From Anaerohalosphaeraceae bacterium (GTDB lineage Bacteria > Planctomycetota > Phycisphaerae > Sedimentisphaerales > Anaerohalosphaeraceae), in NCBI GenBank assembly GCA_963675525.2, contig CAXXSL010000004.1, forward strand, positions 1 through 38,006: 38,006 nucleotides of DNA, read 5' to 3'. Position numbers and translations under genes: made by a program. Under the pieces are notes generated by a model. The model was given only the letters and a program-made list of their open reading frames with translations, had not been told where the DNA came from and ran no database searches. This document shows positions 18,451 through 27,343 of this stretch, in pieces; positions within the stretch are counted from its first letter, which is position 1, and each line of letters starts with the position of its first letter.

Positions 18451-19170
18451 TTAAGATGTAATCAATGTTCCGACTTTCTCGCCCCTTAAGGCTCGGGTGA
18501 TATTCCCTTCTCTGAAAATATTCAATACCACAATGGGTATCTGACTTTCACGGCAAAGACTGATCGCTGACGGATCCATCACTTTCAGGTTCTTTTCCAG
18601 GACATCCTGATAGGTCATTGATTCAATCAGTTCGGCGCGGGGGTTTTTGACCGGGTCGTCGGTATAAACGCCGTCCACCTTGGTCGCCTTGATCATCAGG
18701 TCCGCACCAAGTTCAGAAGAACGCAGCGCCGCACAGGTATCGGTTGAAAAAAACGGGTTCCCGGTTCCTCCGGCAAGAATGACTACGCGTCCCAGCTCCA
18801 GGTGTCGCAGTGCCCGGCGGCGAATGAACGGTTCGCAAATAGCCGAAACCTCGATCGCACTGAGCACACGCGTCGGCTGGCCGAACTTCTCCAGCGTCTC
18901 CTGAAGGGCACTGGCATTGATCACCGTTGCCAGCATCCCCATGTAATCGGCCGTAGTGCGAGGGATATGGCTCTTTTCGGAAAAAGTTGCCCCGCGTAGA
19001 AAATTCCCACCGCCAACAACAATCGCCACTTCTAATCCCAATTTGGCGATTTTCGCAATGCGTTCGGCAATGGATTCGATGACTTCTCCATCGATCCCGA
19101 ATCCGCCCGGCTGACACAGGCTTTCACCCGACAGCTTTAACAACACGCGTTTATACTGAATCGTCTCCAT
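18451..19170 (-). CDS. pyrH: UMP kinase
   Basis: LLKLSGE, VGGGNFLRG, ADYMGMLAT, GTGNPFFSTD, KATKVDGVY; ATG at 19170 with GGGAGG SD. Confidence 0.97.
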   Translation of the reverse strand: METIQYKRVLLKLSGESLCQPGGFGIDGEVIESIAERIAKIAKLGLEVAIVVGGGNFLRGATFSEKSHIPRTTADYMGMLATVINASALQETLEKFGQPTRVLSAIEVSAICEPFIRRRALRHLELGRVVILAGGTGNPFFSTDTCAALRSSELGADLMIKATKVDGVYTDDPVKNPRAELIESMTYQDVLEKNLKVMDPSAISLCRESQIPIVVLNIFREGNITRALRGEKVGTLITS

Positions 19171-19201
19171 GATCCTCCCTGCCGTTAAAATTCCAGACAT
19201 T

Positions 19202-19237
19202 AAAAAAGGGCACCGGAGCGTTTTGTCTCCGATGCCC
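19202..19237 (-). terminator. Intrinsic terminator after tsf
   Basis: Minus strand GGGCATCGGAG-8nt-CTCCGGTGCCC followed by T6. Confidence 0.75.
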
Positions 19238-19253
19238 TATTATACGCTCTGGC

Positions 19254-20114
19254 TTAAGCAATTTCAATGCGAACAAACTTTTTAATTTTGGCCTCTCCGT
19301 CTGCTTTTTTGGCCGCATCGGCGAGCATCTGGCCCACCGTCTTGCTGTCATCCTTGACAAACGGCTGTTCCACGAGGCAATTATCCTTGAGGAATTTGGC
19401 GATTTTGCCGTCAACGATCTTGTCAATAATGTTCGCGGGCTTATTTTTAACCTGTTCGGCGGCAATCACGCGTTCTTTCTCGATAACTGCCGGGTCAAAT
19501 GAACTTTGGTCAAGTGAAACGGGGTTCATCGCACAGATATGCATACAAATCTCGTTGGCCGCCGTCTTAACGGCATCTGAAACCGCATCGCTGCTGGTTT
19601 CGACCTCAACCATCGCGCCCACTTTGTTGTTAAAGTGAACATAGGTTCCCACCACACCAGAGCCGCCAACCGTATAGCGAACATAATCGCCCACTTCGGT
19701 CTTTTCACCGGTCTTACTGACCAGATCGGTCAGACGTTCAGAAAACTTCTTGCCGTCCACTACGACATCCATCAGAACCTGACCGCCCTCTTCGGCGGGC
19801 GCTTTCAATGCACACGCTAACAGTTGATTGGCCGCCTCGATGAAATCGTCGCTCTTGGCCACAAAGTCCGTTTCGCAGCAAAGCGAAACCATGGTTGCAC
19901 TTTTGCCATCCCCACCGGGGGTACAAAGAATGCGCCCTTCCGTGGTGTCACGGCCGGCACGTTTCTCCAGTGTGGCAAGACCTTTCTTGCGAAGCAGTTC
20001 CATCGCAGCATCCAGGTCGCCATTCGTTTCTCCAAGGGCTTTTTTGCAATCCATCATCCCCTGGCCGCTCATCTTACGAAGCTTCATAACTGTTGCCGCA
20101 GAAATCTCTGCCAT
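19254..20114 (-). CDS. tsf: Translation elongation factor Ts
   Basis: LRKMSGQGMMDCKKAL, CETDFVAK, QPFVKD. Confidence 0.97.
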   Translation of the reverse strand: MAEISAATVMKLRKMSGQGMMDCKKALGETNGDLDAAMELLRKKGLATLEKRAGRDTTEGRILCTPGGDGKSATMVSLCCETDFVAKSDDFIEAANQLLACALKAPAEEGGQVLMDVVVDGKKFSERLTDLVSKTGEKTEVGDYVRYTVGGSGVVGTYVHFNNKVGAMVEVETSSDAVSDAVKTAANEICMHICAMNPVSLDQSSFDPAVIEKERVIAAEQVKNKPANIIDKIVDGKIAKFLKDNCLVEQPFVKDDSKTVGQMLADAAKKADGEAKIKKFVRIEIA

Positions 20115-20176
20115 TTCTTCAACTCCTGTTATTGTTCATTTTTGATTTTCAATTTCATTTAACCACGAACGTGTGG

Positions 20177-20221
20177 AAAAAAAGCCGGCCCCTGCATGAT
20201 GTTTCTCTGCCAGAGCCAGCC
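20177..20221 (-). terminator. Terminator/attenuator-like hairpin between rpsB and tsf
   Basis: Minus strand GGCTGGCTCTGGCA ... TGCAGGGGCCGGCT followed by a T-run; G-U pairs favour the minus strand. Confidence 0.6.
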
Positions 20222-20252
20222 TGTCAAGTCATTAATTAAATCGCTCCCTTTG

Positions 20253-21101
20253 TTACTGAGCATTGCTTTCGGCAGTCTCAGAAACATCGGAATCAACGGT
20301 CTGCTCCGTTGTTTCAGCAACCTCAGGCTGTTCTTCCTGAGCACTGGCCAAAACACGACGGGAACGACTGCGTACCGGACGGGCCGGGGCGCCGCCGCCC
20401 ATGACATCATCCTGACGGACGATTGTTTTGCCCTCGGCCACCGCAGCCGCAAGCTGATTAAGCAGAATTTCCACCGCCTTGATCGAATCGTCATTGGCCG
20501 GAATGATCACATCCGCCGTGTCCGGATCTGAATCGGTATCGGCAACGGCAATTGTGGGAATTCCCAGTTTCCTGGCTTCGCGAAGAGCAATGTATTCTTT
20601 CTTCGCATCCACGACAACCAGAACACCCGGAATACGGCTCATTTTGCGGATACCATCAAGGTTGGTTTTGACCTTTCGCAATTCACGTTTCAGACGAGAG
20701 CCCTGCTTCTTGCCTTGAGCTTCGATCTTACCGGTTGATTCCATTTCTTCCAGTTCTTCTAAACGCTGCAGACGCGAACGAATCGTCCTGAAGTTTGTCA
20801 GGGTTCCGCCCAGCCATCGCTCGGAAACATAATGCATCCCGCATTTCTCCGCCGCTTGCTGAACAGCCTTTTTCGCCTGACGTTTGGTGCCGACAAAGAC
20901 AACATCCCGTCCGTTGGAAATAACGTTCGAGAGAAGTTTTTTGGAAATGACCAAACCTTTAAGCGTTTCTTTTACGTTCACGATATGGATCATCCCGCGT
21001 TTGCCGAAAATATAGGGTTCCATCTTCGGGTTCCAGCGGCTGACCGCGTGTCCAAAATGTACGCCCGCGCTAATGAGTTCGCGAGCAAGTTCCTTATTCA
21101 C
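20253..21101 (-). CDS. rpsB: 30S ribosomal protein S2
   Basis: AGVHFGH, WNPKM, FVGTKRQA, RWLGGTLTNF, IPANDD; GTG start with GGAGG SD. Confidence 0.98.
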   Translation of the reverse strand: MNKELARELISAGVHFGHAVSRWNPKMEPYIFGKRGMIHIVNVKETLKGLVISKKLLSNVISNGRDVVFVGTKRQAKKAVQQAAEKCGMHYVSERWLGGTLTNFRTIRSRLQRLEELEEMESTGKIEAQGKKQGSRLKRELRKVKTNLDGIRKMSRIPGVLVVVDAKKEYIALREARKLGIPTIAVADTDSDPDTADVIIPANDDSIKAVEILLNQLAAAVAEGKTIVRQDDVMGGGAPARPVRSRSRRVLASAQEEQPEVAETTEQTVDSDVSETAESNAQ

Positions 21102-21184
21102 AGAAACTTACCTCCAAATTATAAAAGGTTCTAAAACAATTGATACACACTCTCTACCGGTCTACGCAGACCGACAAAAGCACT

Positions 21185-21214
21185 AGGTTACAGTATCCCA
21201 CCCATTTCTGTCAA
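21185..21214 (-). promoter_or_regulatory. Sigma70-type promoter of rpsB-tsf
   Basis: Minus strand TTGACA, 18 nt, TAACCT, about 85 nt upstream of rpsB. Confidence 0.55.
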
Positions 21215-21431
21215 GTAAATGCGCGAAAAAAGGTTAAAAAAACAACAATTTTGCAGATTTCCAAGCTCCTTTGTTCATCCCCACAAACGTCGGTAGCGCC
21301 CCAAAAATCAATTTCAGGATGCCATATATCCTGAGTAACTCCGAAATATCGCCAATATTAAGCCAAAAGGTGGGTTCTGCTGCGATCATAATCGCACTTA
21401 TGACTTTGCTGAACGTAGTAATAATAGAGTT

Positions 21432-21578
21432 TTCTCCCCTCCGGAAAAGGGGCCACAACATGGGGGGTTACACCATCGATGGCCCCTTTCTTCATTACCC
21501 ACACTTAAGGTCAAGTCTTCATTGAGTATTGACGATACACCTATTACCGCTTGCTGGGGGGCAGGCCGAAGGGGAGAA
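21432..21578 (-). ncRNA. Candidate structured ncRNA, family unassigned
   Basis: 13-bp closing stem TTCTCCCCTTCGG / CCGGAGGGGAGAA enclosing three hairpins; G-U pairs favour the minus strand. Confidence 0.45.
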
Positions 21579-21647
21579 CTATATTCTGTCCTTCGCAAGC
21601 GGTTTTTCATCGCATTTGGATTTAGTGTTTAATGCCGTATTGACACA

Positions 21648-22553
21648 TTACCACTTGATACGGACACCCTTTTCGCGTGCATCCGCGGCCCAGTTTTTGA
21701 TTTGTTCCAGGGTGGTCTCCAGTTCCTGACTGCTTTCGAGCAGGTTTTCGTACAACCGGCCGTCGTTGACCAGTTTGCCGGCAGTCCCTTCGCCGGAATC
21801 GATCTTGGCCATAAGCTGTCGCATTTCGGACAGTGCTGCCTCTAACTGATCAGCAACAGCACCGATCTTATCCCCCATCATTCCAACCTTATCTGTGCTG
21901 ACATCCGAGAATTTTTCTATTGACTGGAATGTCTGTGTTGCCTGAGCGGCGGCCATTTGGACATTATCAAGTGTTTTTTTGATGTTGGCCTGATTCTCGG
22001 CATCACCCATGATCTGGTTGGCATTGTCGGCCAGTGCAGCGATCGAATCGACCAGGTTTTCCAGTTTTTTCTGTACATCCGGGGGGAAAAATTCACTGGC
22101 CATTCTGATATCGCCCTGCAGTACCATTTCCTTTCTTAAAAAGCCTGTAGGTTCGCCCATTGCCGTATCGCGAAGTTCAATATAACTGCTGCCCAGACCT
22201 CGTTTCATAATGACAACCTCTACATCATCCGGAATATCCTCAAAGTCATCATTGATGGAGATGGTCACGCCAACCTTATGCATTTTTCTTCCCCCTCCAT
22301 TTTCAACAACCTGAGGGTCAGCGACCTTTCGGACGCGGCCGATCTGAACGCCGCAATAATTCACCGGCGTATCATTCTGAATGCCGGGAGTTTCGGGGAA
22401 ATAAACCAGAATTTCAAACGACTGAAACTTGCTGACAAACAAGGGTAATTCACGAAACTTCACCAACAGATAAAAAAAAGCGAACACCGCTACAACAACA
22501 AAACCCCCGACGATCAGATTTCGCTGCCTTTGTTTTGTTTGATAATCGGTCAT
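21648..22553 (-). CDS. MlaD/MCE family protein
   Basis: N-terminal TM helix, MCE motif (GIQNDTPVNYCGVQIGRV..GLGSSYIEL), helical tail with GEGTAGKLVND. Confidence 0.88.
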   Translation of the reverse strand: MTDYQTKQRQRNLIVGGFVVVAVFAFFYLLVKFRELPLFVSKFQSFEILVYFPETPGIQNDTPVNYCGVQIGRVRKVADPQVVENGGGRKMHKVGVTISINDDFEDIPDDVEVVIMKRGLGSSYIELRDTAMGEPTGFLRKEMVLQGDIRMASEFFPPDVQKKLENLVDSIAALADNANQIMGDAENQANIKKTLDNVQMAAAQATQTFQSIEKFSDVSTDKVGMMGDKIGAVADQLEAALSEMRQLMAKIDSGEGTAGKLVNDGRLYENLLESSQELETTLEQIKNWAADAREKGVRIKW

Positions 22554-22835
22554 TTAACGCATCCTCTGCTTTTTATCTCTGTCCATGAATAATTCGCGTA
22601 TCGCCCGAAGCGGATACCCGCTCTGGTTGAGTTTCCGGATCAACTGAATACGTTCAACGGCCGAGGCATCAAACATCCTTCGCCCCGACGGCATGACCCG
22701 GGTCGGCTTCAACAGACCGACCATCAAATAATACTGTAAGCTCTGTTTTGACACACCGGCCTGTTTGGCTGCCGTGCCGATCGACAGTAACGGCTTACAG
22801 GTTTTATCGGATTTTTTGTTGGCACTGTCCACCAA
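22554..22835 (-). CDS. Small MerR-family HTH protein
   Basis: LSIGTAAKQAGVSKQSLQYY..GLL..GRRMF..ERIQLIRKL..GYPLRAIRE. The start is uncertain (22835 TTG or 22832 GTG). Confidence 0.85.
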   Translation of the reverse strand: MVDSANKKSDKTCKPLLSIGTAAKQAGVSKQSLQYYLMVGLLKPTRVMPSGRRMFDASAVERIQLIRKLNQSGYPLRAIRELFMDRDKKQRMR

Positions 22836-22868
22836 ATTCGTACACTCCCGGACAAAACTTAAGTTGCC

Positions 22869-23282
22869 TTATGGGACTTCTTTAAGCCGGCGGGTCTTTC
22901 GTAATGTCCCGATCATTTCAAGAATCCGGCTTTCGATTTCCGCAAACTGAAAATCAGGAACGGTTTTTTCCGACTTCTTCTTACTTTTTTTCGTCATTTT
23001 CTGTGTAAAAATTAAGACATAGTCGTAATCGCGGGGAATTTCGTGCTGATGGAGGCGAAAAACCTCTCGACTGAGCCGTTTAAGCCGGTTTCGAACAACT
23101 GCATTACCGCACGAATTGGAAACCGAAACACCAAAACGCGGCATGCATTGGTCGTTTTCCGCAGCGTAAAGACGTATTATCCCACTGCATACAAAGCACT
23201 TACGGCTCAATATGTCACGGAATTGTTCAGTAGAGACAATTCGTTGAGATTTACGCAAAAAATACCGTTCCAACCGTTTCAT
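22869..23282 (-). CDS. rnpA: Ribonuclease P protein component
   Basis: RFGVSVS and GNAVVRNRLKRLSREVFR (RNR motif). Confidence 0.9.
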   Translation of the reverse strand: MKRLERYFLRKSQRIVSTEQFRDILSRKCFVCSGIIRLYAAENDQCMPRFGVSVSNSCGNAVVRNRLKRLSREVFRLHQHEIPRDYDYVLIFTQKMTKKSKKKSEKTVPDFQFAEIESRILEMIGTLRKTRRLKEVP

Positions 23283-23357
23283 CCTTTAAAAATGACAGAT
23301 TTATTAGGATTATCGGCTCTCTTGTAATCGATGTGTAAGAATTTGGCAAGAAAGGAT

Positions 23358-24317
23358 TTAGATGGACATCAGACCACTATAGATCTTTGAATAGCCTTTG
23401 AAAATATAGTGAATCATGACCATTGCCACAATTCCATAGATGATTCGCGGCGTCCATTCGGCAAGTGTATGAAATTTCATTTCGGCATTGTAGGCATGCA
23501 TATTGCCCAACCGCCAGGCGGCGTCATCCAGATCACCGCTTTCTTCCCCTGCTTGCCATAAGCCGATAAATTCACCGGGTAAAGACCTGCTGAAGCCGGC
23601 GCTCATCTCGCCGCCTTCTTTAACCTGCTGATCGGCGCCAGCCAGTTTTCGTCGCATCACACCATTGCTAACCGAATCCGTGGCCATCTTGACACACTGG
23701 AAGATCGGCACGCCGGCCTTATAAGTTATTGCAAAAACCTTGCTGTATCGGCTCAATTCCAATTCTCGAACAGCCGAGCCCAACAAAGGGATCATCGTCA
23801 CGAAAACATCCAGTATCCCGCGCAACGGCCCGCGTTTGGGCGTTAGAAAGATAATCCCCAGGATCACCGCCGCCGGGATGTAAAACATCGCTAATATTTT
23901 TATCATCCCGGAAAACAGGATACTGAGGTCAAATTCACCGAACGCACAATCCACCATCGGCACAAGAAAGCTCATGGCATGGACGCACAGAATCGGCAGG
24001 ACCATCCCCGTACGCATGACACGATTGATCTTCTGACGGAACGCATACCACTGTGAAAGTTCCTCGAACATTTCGCCAAGCTGACCGGTCTGTTCGCCCA
24101 CCTCGATCAAGGTGACATCCAGTGTTTGAAATTTCTTTTCGCGGCTCTTCACGGCATCGGACAGACTGGTACCGTGTGCGACGTCCTGCTCAATTTCTTT
24201 AAAAAGGCGGCCGTACTTTCCTCGCTTGTAAACCGTTTGAAGAACACGCGTGATCGGAACCCCCGCATCCAGCATGGTGGAGAGATTGTGATACAAGTTG
24301 ATCCGTGAATCTGCCAC
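23358..24317 (-). CDS. Type II secretion system F / PilC family protein
   Basis: Two T2SSF repeats: LSTMLDAGVP..GEQTGQL and AGVPI..AGEESGDL. Confidence 0.88.
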   Translation of the reverse strand: MADSRINLYHNLSTMLDAGVPITRVLQTVYKRGKYGRLFKEIEQDVAHGTSLSDAVKSREKKFQTLDVTLIEVGEQTGQLGEMFEELSQWYAFRQKINRVMRTGMVLPILCVHAMSFLVPMVDCAFGEFDLSILFSGMIKILAMFYIPAAVILGIIFLTPKRGPLRGILDVFVTMIPLLGSAVRELELSRYSKVFAITYKAGVPIFQCVKMATDSVSNGVMRRKLAGADQQVKEGGEMSAGFSRSLPGEFIGLWQAGEESGDLDDAAWRLGNMHAYNAEMKFHTLAEWTPRIIYGIVAMVMIHYIFKGYSKIYSGLMSI

Positions 24318-24344
24318 TCAAACGCTCCGTCGTTTTGACATTCG

Positions 24345-25163
24345 TTAAACTTCCAGTGACCCGCCGGCAAAATCCAGTTCCTGAACGGTCACCATCACAC
24401 CCATACACTGAAACAGACTGCCGGTAATGGTTTCCACGCGGCGAATGACTTCATTGCTCAGGCGACGTTCGACAATAGCAAGGATCACCTTGTATTGATT
24501 ATCGCCGTTTTCATCAAAACCCGCATAGAGCGGCAGATCGCTCAGATACGGCCGAGGTCTCTCGGCATTCAAAACACTCAACGACGTATTCTCCAGCCCG
24601 GACAGGGCTTCGAGAATCTCGCGGAAAATCTTCTCGTCCTGGACAAACACGTGGACAAGATTGCGACGCATCTGAACCTGCTCAGAGATGTCTTTTCCCG
24701 CGGATTCAAGAAATGCCTTGCGAAGCTGTTTTTTGCTGCCGGCATCGATCATTTTCTGTACCGATTCCTGTTCCTGCAATACCTGCGAGATAGCTGACAG
24801 CAGCCGGATATGGGTATTGCTCTGCTGGCGGGGTGCGATGATAAATACAATCAACTGTACTTTCTTGCGGTCTTCGGCTTCGAATTCCACACCGTCGGGA
24901 ACGGTCATCAACCCTACCACGAAATCCTTCACATCACGCATGCGACAATGTGGAATCGCAATGCCGTTGCCAAACGCGGTCGTCCCTAATGTTTCGCGGT
25001 CCTGAAGCGCCTCAAGGATCGCTTCTTCCGAAACACCCTTCAGAACATCACACTTCTTTGCCAGCGAGGCGATCTCACAGAGCGCCATTGCCTTGTCGTC
25101 CACCGTTGAATTGACCTGAATGCACTCATTTCGTAATAATTCTGCAAGCTTCATACCCAGCAT
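24345..25163 (-). CDS. PTS EIIA (Ntr/fructose-type) domain protein with a C-terminal P-II-like extension
   Basis: RETLGTTAFGNGIAIPH (phospho-His), HIRLLSAI, plus a ~105-aa alpha/beta tail. The start may be 25154. Confidence 0.85.
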   Translation of the reverse strand: MLGMKLAELLRNECIQVNSTVDDKAMALCEIASLAKKCDVLKGVSEEAILEALQDRETLGTTAFGNGIAIPHCRMRDVKDFVVGLMTVPDGVEFEAEDRKKVQLIVFIIAPRQQSNTHIRLLSAISQVLQEQESVQKMIDAGSKKQLRKAFLESAGKDISEQVQMRRNLVHVFVQDEKIFREILEALSGLENTSLSVLNAERPRPYLSDLPLYAGFDENGDNQYKVILAIVERRLSNEVIRRVETITGSLFQCMGVMVTVQELDFAGGSLEV

Positions 25164-25296
25164 CCTTTATTATAAGGCTTATTGTCAACATCTTCCGTGT
25201 TCTTTGAGAGTACCGGCTCGCCCCTTATTTGGCAAGCTTTTTCTGCCCGCCCAATAGCCCGGACCGCACTCGTCCAATCAGAAGCGAATTTCCCAT

Positions 25297-25327
25297 AAAA
25301 AAACACCCCGATAAGAATGCCGGGGTG
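25297..25327 (-). terminator. Intrinsic terminator
   Basis: Minus strand CACCCCG-10nt-CGGGGTG followed by T7. Confidence 0.65.
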
Positions 25328-25362
25328 CTTACAGACTTTAAAATCAAACGCAAAGGATTATC

Positions 25363-27144
25363 TTAGAAACCGTTCGGGTCCCTCGATCCCGGACCGTTAC
25401 CGACGGCTTCTTCAAACCCGCGTTCCCGCGCCGCCAGCATCTCCTGCTTCGGCAGTTCCAGCCTTCGCGCCAGTTCCTCACCATATTTGGCCACCAATTC
25501 ATCGATTTCCTTAAGATTTGCATTCACCACGGCCTCCTGCTCTGAAACAGGCAGCCTTTTCCATTCCGCAAATCGTTTCTCCATATCTTCAGCAAAGACT
25601 TCCAGGTTCACCGGCAATGAAGGCTTATAGTCGATGCCGAAATCAAGCAGCTTTTTGGTTTCGGACTGCGTAAAGGACACACCGTATTCATTACCTTTCT
25701 CGATCAACTCCTGCCGTTTGGCGGCCGCTTCAGCGGCTGCATCGTTCAAGCCGAGTGCATCAGCAAGCAGCATCTTGGCGTCAACGGACAGCAGCTGTGA
25801 CTTAAGGACACTGCATTCGGCCTCTTTGCCCAGTGCCCCGGCGCTGTCAAAGGCCTCCTCATACAATGCGATGGCCTTGTCAAAAAAGTCCATCACTTTC
25901 TGCGACAGTTCCGAATCAACCCGCGTTTGAACCGGCAACTTCTGCCGCAGGGCATCGGCGAATGTCGGTTCGGCCGTATCCATCAAATCCAGCAATCGGT
26001 CCGAAACGGTTTTCTGCACTTTGATCGAGGACGAACAGGTCAATGCGGCATAATGATAACTGTCAGCCTGCCCGAGCTTGACGGCAAATGCCGCCTCCCG
26101 GGAACGAACCCTCTCGAACTCTCCGGCGGCTTCTTCAAACACCTCGCAAACACTTCTGGATTCCGATTTATAGCTATCAAGCGAACTGCGGATACCCTGA
26201 GCCTGGGTGGTCATTTTCTGCTGATTGACGCCGATAATCTGGTCGATCTCATTCATCTGCCGCTTTAAAGCAATACGCGTCTGGGAATTATCGATCGCCT
26301 CGATGCGCCCTTCGGTTTCCTGGACACTCTGGTTTAACCCATCGACTTTTGCCTGCGCTAATTCGATCTGACCCTCTAAAACAGCGACTTCGTTTTCAAT
26401 GCTCTGCGCCTGAATATAATACTGCTTGCGTTCCTGAAGAATTGCAAACCCCTGCTTTTCAAGATTCAGCTTTTCATCCCCTTGCGCCATTTCGGCTTTT
26501 CGGGCAAAACCGGACGCTCGGCTTTGGTAATCATCCAGCACGGTCTGCACCTTGTTCTTTTGGTCCAGAAGCTTATTTTTCCGGTCCAAAAACTGATTTA
26601 ATTCGGCCTGTGCTTTGTCGTACTGCGTTCTCAGGCCGGGTTGTCCGTCACCATCGGCAAGCAACTGCCCCAGTTCTTTCGCTTCCTGCTGACCGCTGGC
26701 CAGTAAGTTTTCGATCTGCTGCTTTTCCAGAAGCAGTTGTTCGGTGGACCGAAGCGCTTTCTCAAAAACCGTGATCCTCTCTTGAAGTGGCAACGCCTCT
26801 GATTCCGGGTCGGATTTCTTCCAGACACTCAACTCCAGATCGGCCATCATCCGGCGTCCGCGGGCCAGAGCCAGGTTGCCGCTGGCCAACACCGCCGTAT
26901 CTTTGGAAAGACTGCCGGCATCTTTGTTGTCACGGTCAACCATCGCCGCAATGACCTGCTGCTGGGCCGCATCGTAATTTTTTTCTTTGACAGAAGTTTC
27001 GACCGCTTCGATCGTTTTTTGAGCAACTCGCTTGGAAGCGGCATCCTCCGGATTGTCCGAACACCCGGCCGCCGTCAGCAATACCCCCGAACACAAAAGC
27101 GATAACACACAATGGATAAAATACTTATGATTTCTACACTGCAC
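25363..27144 (-). CDS. Hypothetical coiled-coil lipoprotein
   Basis: GTG at 27144 with AGGAG SD; lipobox-like VLLTAAGC; long heptad-rich Q/E/K/L segment. Confidence 0.75.
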   Translation of the reverse strand: MQCRNHKYFIHCVLSLLCSGVLLTAAGCSDNPEDAASKRVAQKTIEAVETSVKEKNYDAAQQQVIAAMVDRDNKDAGSLSKDTAVLASGNLALARGRRMMADLELSVWKKSDPESEALPLQERITVFEKALRSTEQLLLEKQQIENLLASGQQEAKELGQLLADGDGQPGLRTQYDKAQAELNQFLDRKNKLLDQKNKVQTVLDDYQSRASGFARKAEMAQGDEKLNLEKQGFAILQERKQYYIQAQSIENEVAVLEGQIELAQAKVDGLNQSVQETEGRIEAIDNSQTRIALKRQMNEIDQIIGVNQQKMTTQAQGIRSSLDSYKSESRSVCEVFEEAAGEFERVRSREAAFAVKLGQADSYHYAALTCSSSIKVQKTVSDRLLDLMDTAEPTFADALRQKLPVQTRVDSELSQKVMDFFDKAIALYEEAFDSAGALGKEAECSVLKSQLLSVDAKMLLADALGLNDAAAEAAAKRQELIEKGNEYGVSFTQSETKKLLDFGIDYKPSLPVNLEVFAEDMEKRFAEWKRLPVSEQEAVVNANLKEIDELVAKYGEELARRLELPKQEMLAARERGFEEAVGNGPGSRDPNGF

Positions 27145-27343
27145 CGGTAATCTCCTAAAATAAATGATTCCATAAGAATCTGTATCGTACCGGCCAGTGC
27201 CCCGTTCTGTCAAGATTTTTCTCAGGACCCCAAAGGCATCCCCGAACCCCTGTTTTCCCTCCTGAATTCATTGAAAGGCCCGAATTTTCTCGACCGAACC
27301 GCCCCTTTGCATTATGATGTATCTCAGATTTAGGAAACCAGCT

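Noticed and set aside
21432..21578. Identification as RNase P RNA, SRP RNA, tmRNA or tRNA
   Set aside because: It lacks GAGGAAAGUCC, the SRP helix-8 motif, tRNA-like ends and a T-loop; it is kept only as an unassigned candidate.
27144..27213. ORF-track start at 27213 for the lipoprotein
   Set aside because: GTG at 27144 has an AGGAG SD and gives a normal-length lipoprotein signal peptide.
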